DNA from: Octopus sinensis
Taxonomy: Eukaryota
DNA length: 64,000 nt
Direction: 5' to 3'
NCBI RefSeq assembly: GCF_006345805.1
Contig: NC_043006.1
Coordinates: 19,344,001 to 19,408,000, forward strand
This document shows, one piece after another, positions 37,149 through 52,525 of the stretch. The notes under the pieces were generated by a model that saw only the letters and a list, made by a program, of their open reading frames with translations, had not been told where the DNA came from and did not search any database. Position 1 is the stretch's first letter. Every line of letters starts with the position of its first letter. Both the position numbers and the translations under genes were made by a program.

Positions 37149-38542
37149 TTTCTTTTAGTTAGGCGCATGACCTTTATAAAGAGGGGCCACCACAAGGACA
37201 GACAAAACAAGACATTGGATACATATAAATACATTTCGGAAGAATTATGAATGTGGTGAAAAAGGAAGATGAAATGGCTTACTTGCCCCGCCCCCAAAAC
37301 AAGTAGTTTCATTTTACTGTTTTTTAAATTACAGTTTTACTTTACAGTCTTGTATTTTTCTTAACACAAAATTACAACGAATACTGTACTGTATCGTCAA
37401 AAAATTACAACAGGCGGCAGCTCGTCGTATCTAAACTGAAGTGGTGATACTTCAACTATATTTTTTCCAAATAGTTCTACTAAACTCTCCCTTCTTTCTC
37501 TCTCCAAAAGCACGCCCTTCTTACCTTCACGGTTTGTCAATTTAACTCTGATAACATTTTTCATTTTTGCTGCCCTCTTTTCAATTTCGACGCTTTTTTC
37601 ACATACTATGAGGTTTCTTAAGTTTCTTCCTGTAGGCATCGTTCTCTGATATCATTCACCACTCTCTTCGTCCTTCATAAATATCTCTTTCTTCTTCGCT
37701 GTCTCTTTCGTTTCCTTCCTTCTTTCATACACTTTCTTCCTTGCTAGTTGAAGGTGACGGTTCGTGCGTTCGCATTTCACTTGATTTTTCATTTGGTTTT
37801 CCATTTTTTCTCTTTTCTTTCTTGTTCTCCTCTTCGTTTGTCTTTCTTTTTTTCTCTTTTGGGCTTTTTGGTGGTAATTCTACGTTCTTTTTTTCTTTTC
37901 ACCACCGTAAATTGCTCCTCCATTTTCGCTTCCTCTGCGGCTGTACTCTCTTCTTCTTTATTTTCTTTTTCTGTTATTTCCTCCTCGTGTTTCTGGGGAC
38001 ACTTGGCCTTCATGTGTCCCCTTACTCCACACAAAAAAATATATTGGAGGTCTACCCCCCACAACAATCCTCAATCCAGTCTCATCCGGTAAAACCAGCT
38101 CTTCCACAATCTTATGGCGGTCTGACAGACATGTATGGACTGTTACCTCTAGCTCATATCCCCGCCAGTTCACCTCCGTAGTTTTGGACATTTTCAAAAT
38201 GTCTGCATCTTTCTCTGTATGGTAGAGGATGAATGCCACCAGCCATACCTCGTCAATTTCAAGAGACACTCTACCTATCCTTACTTTGGCCGCACGTTTA
38301 CCACAGAAAGTAGGTAGTAGTGCCGACTCAGATGATCTCAAGGCTACAGTGGACTATTTCTTTGCTTCATTTTCATTTACAAAGCACACCTCCACCGTGC
38401 CGAATTTCCGTCCTCTGGTGTAGAACGTGGTAAAGTCCTTCACTTCTCTTAAACACTCCTTGACTGCTTCCACCGCTGCTATTTCTACTTCCTTCGTTGC
38501 TATGTTTAACGTTCTGTTGATAACAGTTCTTTTCTCGGTCAT
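37149..38542 (-). mobile_element. L1/Tx1-like LINE derivative with ORF1 (CCHC knuckle) followed by a 3' tail and no ORF2
   Basis: [32 protein letters not shown](I)-(frameshift)-FLCGVRGHMKAKC, a C-x2-C-x4-H-x4-C knuckle with the first C decayed; K/E-rich linker; tail tttgtctgtccttgt..cccctct..aaagaaa. Confidence 0.65.
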
Positions 38543-39080
38543 TAAATTTATGCAATATTACAGCTCCTATACCATATTCACTGGCATCCGATGCCACAAC
38601 TATTTTCAGGTTTGGGTCGAAATGAGTTAATGATAATTTTGATGTTAACCTCTTTTCTAATTCCGCGAATGCTTTCTGACATTCGTTGGTCCAGTCCAAT
38701 TCCGTGTCTTTCTTTAACAAATTATTCAACGGAGCTCTTTGCTGATATATTTTAGGTATGAACAGTTAGTAATAAATTACCATACCTAAAAATGCTTATA
38801 ATGTTGTTTTGTTAGTGGAAGCAGCCCTATTTGTTTATCGCGTCGACCCTAGAAGAGTTTGATTTTCGTCCGTTTTCATCGAGCACCTCTCCCAAGTACT
38901 TTATTTTTGCTTAAAAAATCGCATTTATTTTCACTTACTTTAAATCCATAGTCGCTTATCCTTTTAAAAACATTTTTTATATGTTCAATATGCTGGTCCC
39001 TCGATTCACTTTTGACCAATATGTTATTCAAGTATGGGACCACAAACTCCCCAGATCTCAATATTATTGAACATTTATGG
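38543..39080 (-). mobile_element. Gypsy LTR-retrotransposon pol fragment (RT / RNase H connection)
   Basis: YLNNILVKSE..VFKRISDYGFKVSENKC..LG; [43 protein letters not shown]. Confidence 0.88.
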
Positions 39081-39122
39081 TGCATTTTAGAAAAAACAAG
39101 TAAGGAGTCAATATCTTCCACG

Positions 39123-39465
<343 letters not shown>

Positions 39466-39560
39466 ATATATAAATATATATAATAAATATTAGGGAATAA
39501 ATCCAAACTTACAGGGAAAAATCAGATTTAGGATTGAATCCAATTTTATAGTAAAATATT

Positions 39561-39886
39561 ATATTATATTAAATTAGAGACAAAACCACTATTAGGCAAA
39601 TCAAACAATGAAAGACTTAAGCCAATACATATGATTAATTTATATTATTTAAATATGTAACAATTATTAAAAATATAATTAATATCCACTACGATCGTTT
39701 CCTGCCTGCTGTCTTTAAATTTTTGAGTCGCCGTCATTCATCAGGTGGTTTCAAAATTTTGATATTAATTATATTTTTAATAATTGTTACATATTTAAAT
39801 AATATAAATTAATCATATGTATTGGCTTAAGTCTTTCATTGTTTGATTTGCCTAATAGTGGTTTTGTCTCTAATTTAATATAATAT
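39561..39886. repeat. Palindrome (126-bp AT-rich arms) with a hammerhead-like motif in the 74-bp loop
   Basis: 39561-39686 is the reverse complement of 39761-39886; minus strand CCAC-CTGATGA..GAAA-CGATC-GTA-GTGG. Confidence 0.8.
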
Positions 39887-39891
39887 ATATA

Positions 39892-40005
39892 TATTGGCCT
39901 GCTCGCTTAGCCAGCGGGGTGGCGTCATTCGAAGGCTAAAACAATGCAAACGCATTGTGACCAGCGATGTGTAGCAACATCTGATGGTCTGGTCGGTCAC
40001 GTGAT

Positions 40006-40012
<7 letters not shown>
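39892..40012 (+). mobile_element. Tail-only copy of the SINE variant at 62725-63006
   Basis: ttggcctgctcgcttagccagcgggg..tggtcggtcacgtgat matches the reverse complement of 62725-62845. Confidence 0.75.
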
Positions 40013-40060
<48 letters not shown>

Positions 40061-40115
40061 GAGAGAGGAAGAGAGAGAAAGCGGAAGAAAGAGTGAGAGA
40101 AAGACAGATAGACAA

Positions 40116-40204
<89 letters not shown>

Positions 40205-40205
40205 T

Positions 40206-40240
<35 letters not shown>
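40013..40240. repeat. (TA)n, (GATA)n, (GA)n compound microsatellite
   Basis: Direct sequence. Confidence 0.9.
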
Positions 40241-40244
<4 letters not shown>

Positions 40245-40654
40245 TGCAAACGAATAAGTGCAAACGCAATATGAGTTGAAGTATATGCGAGAGCAAATAT
40301 TGAATTTTATTGAAGCTGCCAAACATGAAAACAAGTATTCAGGACGGAAGTAAAAATCTTTGGTATGATACAATGATATTTTAAAATCGCAATGAGAATG
40401 CGTTGTTAGATACGCTTAATTATCGACTGTTTCTAACTACAATCTTTATATCGTTACAGAATTTTATTTCTTTGTGAAAATTTATAGAAAACGTGATACA
40501 TGGAACTGACAAGTCATTGAATATTTTTCAGTATCAATAAAATATGTATTTATAAGACGGTAAACATAAATAAATTTTTACTGATAGTTTGCGATAAGTG
40601 TGTGTGTGTGTGAGAGAGAGAGAGAAAGAGAGACAGAGAGAGAGAGTGATAGGA

Positions 40655-40934
40655 AATGTGACCAAGTGGTTAGGAAGTTGCATTCTTAATGGTAAGTTCG
40701 CTGTTTCGATTCCCAGACCGGTGATGCAGTTGTATTCTTGAGCAAAAGACGCTGCTCCAGTCCATTCAGCTGTAAATGGATATCACTGCTGCGTGGACTG
40801 GTGTTCCGTCGGAGGAAGAATGTCTGCCTGCACTTCCAGCCATCGGACGGCATTATGTGAAAGCTACAGCAAGCGAAAGGTCGCATAGTGACAAACAGAA
40901 TATAACAGCATTCGGTCGATACAGTGATACAGTG

Positions 40935-40935
<1 letters not shown>
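40655..40935 (+). mobile_element. Diverged tRNA-headed SINE
   Basis: gtgaccaagtggttagg..gtttcgattcccagaccgg head; ctccagtccattcagctgtaaatgg body. Confidence 0.55.
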
Positions 40936-40979
<44 letters not shown>

Positions 40980-41033
40980 TATAGATAGATAGATAGATAG
41001 ATAGATAGACAACCAGACAGACAGAGAGATAAG

Positions 41034-41415
41034 TTTCTTTATTGGCCACACAGGGCTGCACACAGATGGGACAAGTTACAAGGTAGAGCTTTTCTTTTGG
41101 GGGAGAAAAAAAAATGGTGGCATAGGTTTTCGATCAAAAGGGATCGTAAAAGGGAAAAAAGAACAAAAAAGAAAAAAGAAAAAACAGGAAAAGAAAAAGA
41201 AGAAAAAAAGGAAAAGAAAAAGAAAAAAAGGGAAAAAAAGAAAAGAAAAATGAAAAAAGAAGAAAAAAGAGGAATAAAGGGGGAGAGGGAAAAAAAAGAT
41301 CAATAGGGATCGTGTATCACAGTGTCATGATGTATGGTGTAAAGGGGAAAGCAAGTAAGGTTTATCCGTGGTAAGAAAAGCCTACGAAAAAGACCACGGT
41401 AACCTTGGTCAATAT
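41034..41415 (-). mobile_element. 3' UTR fragment of an L1/Tx1-like LINE
   Basis: Stem-loop ccgtggt..accacgg, T-rich tract, tail cttgtcccatctgtgtgcagccctgtgtggccaataaagaaa similar to the family-C SINE tail. Confidence 0.5.
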
Positions 41416-41419
41416 TGAC

Positions 41420-41474
<55 letters not shown>

Positions 41475-41805
41475 CAGGCAGAAAAATAGATAGAAAGTGT
41501 GAGATGGAGAGGGAGGGAGTGAGATTGCAATTTGTTGGTAGAAATATATTAATATCTGACGCTAAGCTTGTAGTAATTTTTAATTTTTATAATCTTTTAT
41601 TTCATAATAAAAATCTAACATTGTTTCTTCTTTCTTTCTCTCCCTCCCCCTCTCTTTCTTTCTCTCTCCATCTATCTGTCTCTATCTATCTCTATTTATC
41701 TCTGTCCCTCTCTCTCTTTCCACACACATACCCACATACAAACAGAGAAAAACACACACACGCACACACACACAAACATTTGTATATTATATATATATAT
41801 ATTAC

Positions 41806-41844
<39 letters not shown>

Positions 41845-41918
41845 TATATATTATATATATATATATATATATAATATATATATATATATATTATTATATA
41901 TATAATATATATATATAT

Positions 41919-42126
41919 AAGTAGTTGAATGAAAGAAACACACATTATCGCTATGGACACCGTGTGAGCAGTCATCAGTGATGCTGACATAAGTTCCTTG
42001 TCTTTCTGATGAGAAGGTGGCATAATGCACCCCTTATTCCTTCGAAATTAGGAATATGCAGTCTTCGAAACATATGTCGAGAATAAAGGAATTTTGTTAA
42101 TTCGTCGTTCAACTCCATTCTTTGAT
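41919..42126 (+). mobile_element. Solo Penelope-like terminal repeat between two (TA)n tracts
   Basis: Contains a hammerhead motif and the shared CGTTCAACTCCATT end motif. Confidence 0.65.
42001..42083 (+). ncRNA. Type I hammerhead ribozyme motif
   Basis: CTGATGA 42006-42012; stem II GAAG/CTTC with internal GCATA/TATGC and TATTCCT/AGGAATA helices; GAAA 42067-42070; AC-ATAT-GT; GUC 42076-42078; stem I weak (G-U pairs). Confidence 0.65.
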
Positions 42127-42127
42127 T

Positions 42128-42178
<51 letters not shown>

Positions 42179-42372
42179 GGGAAAGTTTGCGAAAATAAAC
42201 AAAAGACGAAGGCAGGTGGAGTACAAACAAACAAATGTATTAGTATAACGCTCAGGAATAGAAAAAGTCTTTTACGTTTCGAGCCTACGCTCTTCGACAA
42301 AAAGATACACAGAAAAAAACAAGGAGAGAAAAAAAAAGAGAGAAAAAAGGAGAGAATATATATATACAGGGA

Positions 42373-42419
<47 letters not shown>

Positions 42420-42453
42420 GTGTGTGTGTGTGTGTGTTGTGTGTGTGTGTGTG

Positions 42454-44606
<2,153 letters not shown>

Positions 44607-44689
44607 GTGTGTGTGTGTGTGTGTGTGTATATACATACATACATACATACATATATATTATATATATGTATGTATGTATGTATATATAT

Positions 44690-45118
<429 letters not shown>

Positions 45119-45189
45119 TGTTGTGATCTTGAATTGGAAAAGAAATTATATGTATGTATGTATATATATATATGTATTATGTATGTATG

Positions 45190-45225
<36 letters not shown>

Positions 45226-45845
45226 ATCTATATATATATACGATAATATTACCGCTTTCGATGAATCTCATCTTATTAAACATCAACAACAAAAATTTAA
45301 AGTAATGAAAGTTTATCTTCTGTCTGGGGGTCAAGATCATTGCCGATATGTTCTTAACCCCCAGACAGAAGATAAACTTCTGTGCTATTTCCACCTCCAT
45401 CTGTTATATATAAAAATTTGATTTGTATAAATCTCTAATCTTTTTTTTTCAACTATATATATGTATGTGTGTATGTGTGTTTTTGTGCATGTGTGTGTCT
45501 GTATATGTATAGTTACATATACGTATGTATGCATATATTGGTGTATGTTTGGCTAAAATTAACATTAAATATCAAAGGCTTGTGTCTTGAACATGCGTTC
45601 AGTATCATGTTAGACGCACTTTTGTGACTATAGCCATCAGTGTTGTTGTACACGCGCAGTAGATAAATATCTCGCTTAGATGAACTAGGAATAACATGCA
45701 GAAGTCTACGTGTGTATACGTTTGTACTCTACAGCTCCAGACCTGGCATGTACCTGAGCGTTCTATCTGATTATATTTCATCGACAGAGCGTTATAAATC
45801 TATTTTTCCTAGTTTCTATACGATAGAATATTTTTCTCAGTGACA

Positions 45846-45909
45846 TACGAGGGTAAGTCAAATAATATACACGTGTTGAGCAGTTTGGACATTTTCCTTC
45901 TCCTTGACT
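45846..45909 (-). mobile_element. Duplicated mariner 3' terminus
   Basis: Identical to the start of 46152-46215 (tacgagggtaagtcaaataatatacacg..ccttgact). Confidence 0.85.
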
Positions 45910-45915
45910 TTTATT

Positions 45916-46151
45916 AGAATATGATTCAACCTTTGGTCGATCGCAGCCAACATTTTTTTTTTGAGCTCCGTAGAATGCTGAAATATCTTTCAGCTTCACA
46001 AGAACTGACTGGAAAAACTAAAAGTGATTGTTCAACATTCGTAAACATGCGACGGACTTCTGGTTGCATTTCACTAAATAGTTTACGATGATCCACTATG
46101 GTGATTTCTATGAAAAAGTATTTCAGTCCTTAAAGAAAATTCATCAAGCTC
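45916..46151 (-). mobile_element. Duplicated hAT C-terminal fragment
   Basis: Near-identical to ~47788-48030. Confidence 0.85.
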
Positions 46152-47357
46152 TACGAGGGTAAGTCAAATAATATACACGTGTTGAGCAGTTTGGACATTT
46201 TTCCTTCTCCTTGACTCTCGATGCACTTCTTACAGCGGTCCACAAGCTTACTTATTCCCTCAAAGAAGAATGATTTTCAGGTGTGGTGGCACACCCATTT
46301 ATGCACCGCCTCCTGCTCTTCTTCATCCGAAGCAAATCGACAAACTCGTAAAGTATGTTGGAGCGGTTGAAGCTGAAGCCGAAAGAGGCGGGATTTGGAC
46401 TGTATGCAGATTCTTTCAGCAGATATTCGATGGTTTCAGCGGTGTGGGCGGCCGTTTGTAGGTGTGCATCGTCGTGCAACAATCACACTTGTTTTGACAA
46501 TAGAATTTGGCGTTTAGTGGGAATTTCTCGTTTTAATTTATTAGCCAGCATTTCTTTGTATCAAACACTGGTGACTGTAGACACCTTTTCCAGGTAATAT
46601 TCCAGTTAGCGGAAGGTTGAATTTTGAAATTCCTTTTCGATGACGATTCCGGTTGAAAACATTTCATACTCTGCCTTTTGGATTCTGCCTCAAAGTGATG
46701 GACCTAGGTCTCATCTTCTGTAACTATTTTCTCCACAAAAGCTTTGCCTCAATTGTTACAACCGTCGAATAAGCGTCGACAGATCACATAATTACATTTA
46801 TGTACTCCAATAAGCTGTCTTTGCATCCACGCCGTACAGACTTTTACGGAAGCAAAACTTGTTCTGAATGATTTCTTTTGCCGAACCATAAATAATTTGC
46901 AGTGAACATGCCAGCTCTTTGGTGGTCACTCGCCGATTCACCAGAACCATCACTCGAGTTAGCTGAATCTTCCAGTCAGTGGTGGAATTCGGTGGGCATC
47001 CTGCTCCCTCTTCGTTCTTTACGCCTATTCGGACATTTTTAAAATTCGTAATCCACTCATGCACGTTTCTGCGTAGTAGACCACTGTCTCCGTATTGCAC
47101 TGAAAGTCTGCGATGAATTTCAGTCACAGACACACCTACAGACCAGATATTTCGGATCACTGATCTCAGGTGCACACTGCTAGCAGCGTGACCATGTTTA
47201 CTCTGTTATACAAGAAAGAATACTGAAGCCATCAAAGTCAAACCTCTGTTACGTAACCTCAAGCGTACCATCTTTTAACACACGAGTGTTGAAGGTACAG
47301 CGGCCAATCTGAAGAAAGTTTTGTTGAAAGTGCAGATAATCTTTGATTTCCCCAGTA
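46152..47357 (-). mobile_element. Mariner transposon, near full length, degraded
   Basis: HTH region RSVIRNIWSVGVSVTEIHRRLSVQYGD..RRVT; LHDDA..AYSP(N)PA; TIR-like ends tacgagggtaagtcaaa (46152) and reverse-strand tactggggaaatcaaagattatctgcac (~47330-47357). Confidence 0.85.
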
Positions 47358-47639
47358 TAAAGGGAGCACATCGTTTATTTATTTCTTTTATTTTGTTCGC
47401 ATTCAATTCGAATATTAACCTCTCATAACGTTCAGAACTGTTCTTTAATATGTAGCAAAAAGACTAACTTGTGAATATTCCATTTTTGTTGATTCTTAAA
47501 GGAGCATGTTAGTATTCCTTATGGTGCCATTCCCGCACCCTATCACATATGTAAGATTTTACGTTAATTAAATTTGATATATTCAAATAAAGTTCAGATA
47601 TTAAAAAATAAGGTTAAAAAGAATTCATTATATCAAATA

Positions 47640-49330
47640 AACATAGACGTGTGAATATAAAAATATAAAGTAAATTTATTGTGTTTTAGAACTTTCCAAA
47701 TGTATTATATCTTGTGTCATTGCTGTCAATAAATATCTTAGCAACTTCTTCACAACTAATCTTTTCCAAAACATCTCTACAAACGTGGAATATTATACTA
47801 TGATTCAACTTTTGGTCGATCGCAGCCAAGATTTGTTTTTTGAGCTCCGTAGAATGCTGAAATATCTTTCAGCTTCACAAGAACTGACTGGAAAAACTAA
47901 AAGCGATTGTTCAACATTCGTAAACATGCGACGGACTTCTGGTTGCATTTCACTAAATAGTTTACGATGATCCACTATGGTGATTTCTATGAAAAAGTAT
48001 TTCAGTCCTTAAAGAAAATTCATCAAGCTCTGGATACTGCATGATCACTTCAGTACACAAATTTCCATTGAATATAATATTGCTCAGTTTTTCATAATCA
48101 GCTAAATACTGGGAAAAACACTAATCTTTCAGATTTACTGTTGTAGTATCCACTACCTGCAAATACTGCTCTCTGTAATAATCCAAAACAGTGCAGAGTT
48201 GATATTTTAACGCTTTTCCTCCTGGTTTCTTTGAAGAACTTTTCGTTGTCTGGGTAGCTCCAAAGGAGTAATATCGAGTTGATAAATATTTTTTTCTGCT
48301 GTATTGAACAGCGCCTGAAATCTTTCTTCGTGGCGTAGGTTTTTTAGCTCTTCCTGCACTAGTTTGACACTATGCAGCATTCCACATAGATTGACGATGG
48401 TACCTTGAAAATATTTGTTCAATCCTTCAAGGAGTTGAGGTAATGGAACTACAACGTGCCATCCAAAAACACATTGGCGCGTAGAGAGACATAAGGATAC
48501 TATTAGCTCTGGATGCAATGTTGGTACCAGACTCATTTGTTGCCTTTAGTTAAGAAATGCGGACATGTGAATAATTTTCAAGAAGGACTTTGACTGTAGA
48601 AAGGCGTGTTAGCTATTGAAAAGGGCACGCAAGTTTTAAGGATCGTGGGGACGATACTTCATTTTCTTCATCATATTTGTGATAAATACGTGAGCTTAAA
48701 TTTCCCTGATGTACTCTTTTACTTGTTTCAGCCATTTGACTGCAGCCATGCTGGAGCACCGCCTTTAATCGAGCAACTCGACCCCGGGACTTATTCTTTT
48801 GTAAGCCCAGTACTTATTCTATCGGTCTCTTTTGCCGAACCGCTAAGTAACGGGGACATAAACACACCAGCATCGGTTGTCAAGCAATGCTAGGGGGACA
48901 AACACACACACGCATATATATACATATATACGACGGGCTTCTTTCAGTTTCCGTCTACCAAATCCATCCACTCACAAGGCTTTGGTCGGCCCGAGACTAT
49001 AGTAGAAGACACTTGCCCAAGGTGCCACGCAGTGGGACTGGACCCGGAACCATGTGGTTGGTAAACAAGCTACTTACCACAAAGCCACTCCTGGGGTTAT
49101 AGTATTTAATTTCTCCAATTCATTCACGTAATCCAGAGCTCTTTTGATAAATGAAGCTTGTCGAAAGGACTTAGTTATAATAAGTTGAGAAATATGAACA
49201 CCGCAGTGCACATAATGGGCCCGAGTCTGAATCGTCTTTATTTCAGCTTGACAACCAAAATGTTTACCTGCCATATTAGCTGCACCAACATATGTCTGGC
49301 ATCGAAGATGTTTATATGGTACTTGATTTT
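47640..49330 (-). mobile_element. hAT transposase remnant (interrupted by SINE A)
   Basis: QTYVGAANMAGK..YVHCGVH; LLENY; dimerisation-domain-like VFPVSSCEAERYFSILR..WLRST. Confidence 0.8.
48712..49092 (-). mobile_element. SINE family A inserted in the hAT element
   Basis: Matches the family-A copies. Confidence 0.9.
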
Positions 49331-50234
49331 CTGTGTTTTTTTAATTGGGAAAAAGTAGAGGGGGACAAAAGAGGGTTTGTCCCACGTTCCTGAAAAGTTT
49401 GGTGGGACTTGTACCCTGGTACCTCACTGAAACAAGGTCCTTGCAATGCCTATATGTCTTGTTTGTTTTATCACACACACATACCGACAAGCTCATGAGA
49501 CGATACACACTCTCAGTGTTTAAATATCTCACACAGACAGATTTAGAATGCTTCATATGCGCTTATCTTAGACACATCACATATACACGCACATATAGAT
49601 ATGTGTATATGTGCATGTATCTATGTATGTATGCTTTTTTATGTATGCATGAATGTATGCATGTATGTATGTATATGTGTATGTATGTATGTATGTGTAT
49701 GTGTGTATGTATGTATGTATGTTTTTTTATGTATGCATGAATGTATGTATGTATGCATGTGTGTATGTATGTATGTATGTTGTATGTATGTAATCTCACA
49801 TTTCAGAAAGTTTTTATCAATGCCATAGAAATGGGAAGATCATGAAAATTCTAATTACTATTGGAATTTAATCACGATAAGTAATTTTATAAGATTAGTT
49901 TGAATGGTTATAGTTACAAATGTATTGAGTTCAAATTCCGTATGGGTCGTACAGGTCGGCGTTGCCTTTCAAATCGGCTTGATCCACCCGCGAAATTCTT
50001 GGCCACGTGTCACAATTTGAAATCAATATATTGAGGCGGCGAACCGGCGAAATAGTTATCACGCCGGTCAAAATACTTCGTGGCATATCGTCCGTCTTTA
50101 CGTTCTGTGTTCAAATTCTTTTTTCCCTTTCATTCTCTCGTGATTATATTTTATCAGTAGAGCTTTTTTAAAGGTACTTTTCCTAGTTGTTGTACAATAG
50201 GTTATATTTCTCAGTGATATATGAGGGTAAGTCA

Positions 50235-50636
50235 AATGAAGGCGGCGAGCTGGCAGAAACGTTAGCACGCCGGGCGAAATGCTTAGCGGTATTTCGCCTG
50301 CCGCTACGTTCTGAGTTCAATTTCCGCCGAGGTCGACTTTGCCTGTCATCCTTTCGGGGTCGATAAATTAAGTACCAGTTATGCACGGAGGTCGATGTAA
50401 TCGACTTAATCCGTTTGTCTTTCCTTGTTTGTTCTCTCTGTGTTTAGCCCCCTGTGGGTAGTAAAGAAAAAGGTATTTCGTCTGTCGTTACGTTCTGAGT
50501 TCAAATTCCGCCGAGGTCGACTTTGCCTTTCATCCTTTCGGGATCGATAAACTAAGTACCAGTTGCGTACTGAAGTCGATCTAGTCGACCGGCCCCCTCA
50601 CTCCAAATTTCGGGCCTTGAGCCTAGAGTAGAAAAG
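50235..50636 (+). mobile_element. Dimeric family-C SINE with 19-bp TSD
   Basis: GATATATGAGGGTAAGTCA at 50216-50234 and 50637-50655. Confidence 0.85.
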
Positions 50637-50640
50637 GATA

Positions 50641-51120
50641 TATGAGGGTAAGTCATATATAATACACACTCTTGTTCCTGTAATTTATTAAACACAAGCA
50701 AGGGCTGAGCAGTTACATTATTCTCTTTGCCTCTCGATGCAGGTTCACAAGCATCCTTATTCTCTCTGAGAAGGTTTTCGGCTGCTGGTAAAGCCATTTA
50801 TGCACTTCATCAGTAGAAGATCGGCGACCCCGTAAAGGATGTTTGAGCGGTCGAAGAAGAGATAGTCGGATGGGGCGAGATCTTAACTGCATGCAGGGTG
50901 TTTGAGTTACCGAAAACCCAGTTTTTTTTTTAGTTTTTTAACGGCCGTATGTAAGTGTGGTATTGTTGTGCAACAATAACTCTTAATTTGATAATAGACC
51001 TAGGCGTTTGGTGGGAATTGTGGGTTTCAGTTTGTTTGCTAGCATTTCTTTGAAGCTAATACTGGTGATTGCAGACCCCTTTTCTGGGTAATGTTCCAGT
51101 ATAGGTCCTACTTCGGTTCA
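50641..51120 (-). mobile_element. Second mariner copy, 3' part
   Basis: GPILEHYPEKG..LKPTIPTKRLGLLS..LLHNN..HPACS*DLAPSDY; TIR tatgagggtaagtca. Confidence 0.75.
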
Positions 51121-51169
51121 TGGGCGTTTATCTTACACACGCACACGCAGAAACACACATACATATATA

Positions 51170-51283
<114 letters not shown>

Positions 51284-51824
51284 TATAACTCAGACAGTTC
51301 AGAAAGTTTTTTTAGTAATATCATAGCAATAGGAAGATCTTGTGAATTCTAAAATTCTAATTACTGTTGAAATTTAATCAAGTTAAGTAATTTGATAAAA
51401 TTAGTTTGATTTGATTATAATGGTTTCTTTCTTAGATACTGCTCATTCTGAAATCCTAATAGCTCACATTTATATATTTGAGTTGCTGCTATCTGTTTTG
51501 AGTTGGTGACGCACCACGTAGTAAAGGTGGGGTATTGTTCCCTTTTGCCGATAATAAATGCACTCTGCTTAAAATATTAATCAATAAACTAACGATTCCT
51601 TTGACTAACTGCATAACTATTATTAATTTTCAGTTATCTTTTCCACTACATAAATCATGTTGATGTTAACATGAACATTCTTGTACAGATAGTATCTCCA
51701 ACTGCCTTGTCATAGTTGTCACTTCCATCTCATGTACACTATTAAGCATCAATTATTGTTTTCTTTATCATTAACAAAGCAAATACAGAGGAATCTATAC
51801 TTCACTAACGAGGTTAGGTAAGTC

Positions 51825-52171
51825 TGAAACATGCCAGAATCGTTAGCACGCAGTGAAAAATGCTCAGCGGCATGTCATCCGTCTTTACATTCTAAGCTCA
51901 AATTCCGCCTAGGTCCACTTTATCTTTCATCCTTTCGGATGATTCGATAAAACAAGTACCAGTTGATCACTAGAACTGATATAATTTACTTACATAGCGG
52001 CATTTTGTCCGTCCAGCTTTACGTTTTGAGTTCAAACTTCACTGAGGTCGACTTGCGTTTAATCCTTTCGGTGTCGATAAAATGAATGCCAGTTCAGCAC
52101 TAGAACTGATGTAATCTACTTACCCTCTGCCCTGAAATTGCTGGCTTTGTGCCAAAATTTGGCAGCAGTAA

Positions 52172-52202
<31 letters not shown>

Positions 52203-52386
52203 TACTCTAACGCAACTGCTTGAGCGAGCAAATGAGTACAAGCTGCCTCTTTGCGTTGTGTTTATAGATTATGAGAAGGCCTTCGATAGCGTCGAAACCA
52301 ACGCAGTGCTGAACTCGCTGCAGAGGCAAGGAATCGAAGCGCAATATGTGCAGCTGCTCAGAGAGGCAAATTCCAGATGCACCACC

Positions 52387-52427
<41 letters not shown>

Positions 52428-52454
52428 TATGTATATATATGTATATATATATAT

Positions 52455-52525
<71 letters not shown>

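Noticed and set aside
42265-42305. Minus-strand TCGAAGA-GCGTAGGCTC-GAAACGTA hammerhead-like string
   Set aside because: The core lacks C3/U4 and the stem II pairing consumes core bases; at best a heavily decayed relic
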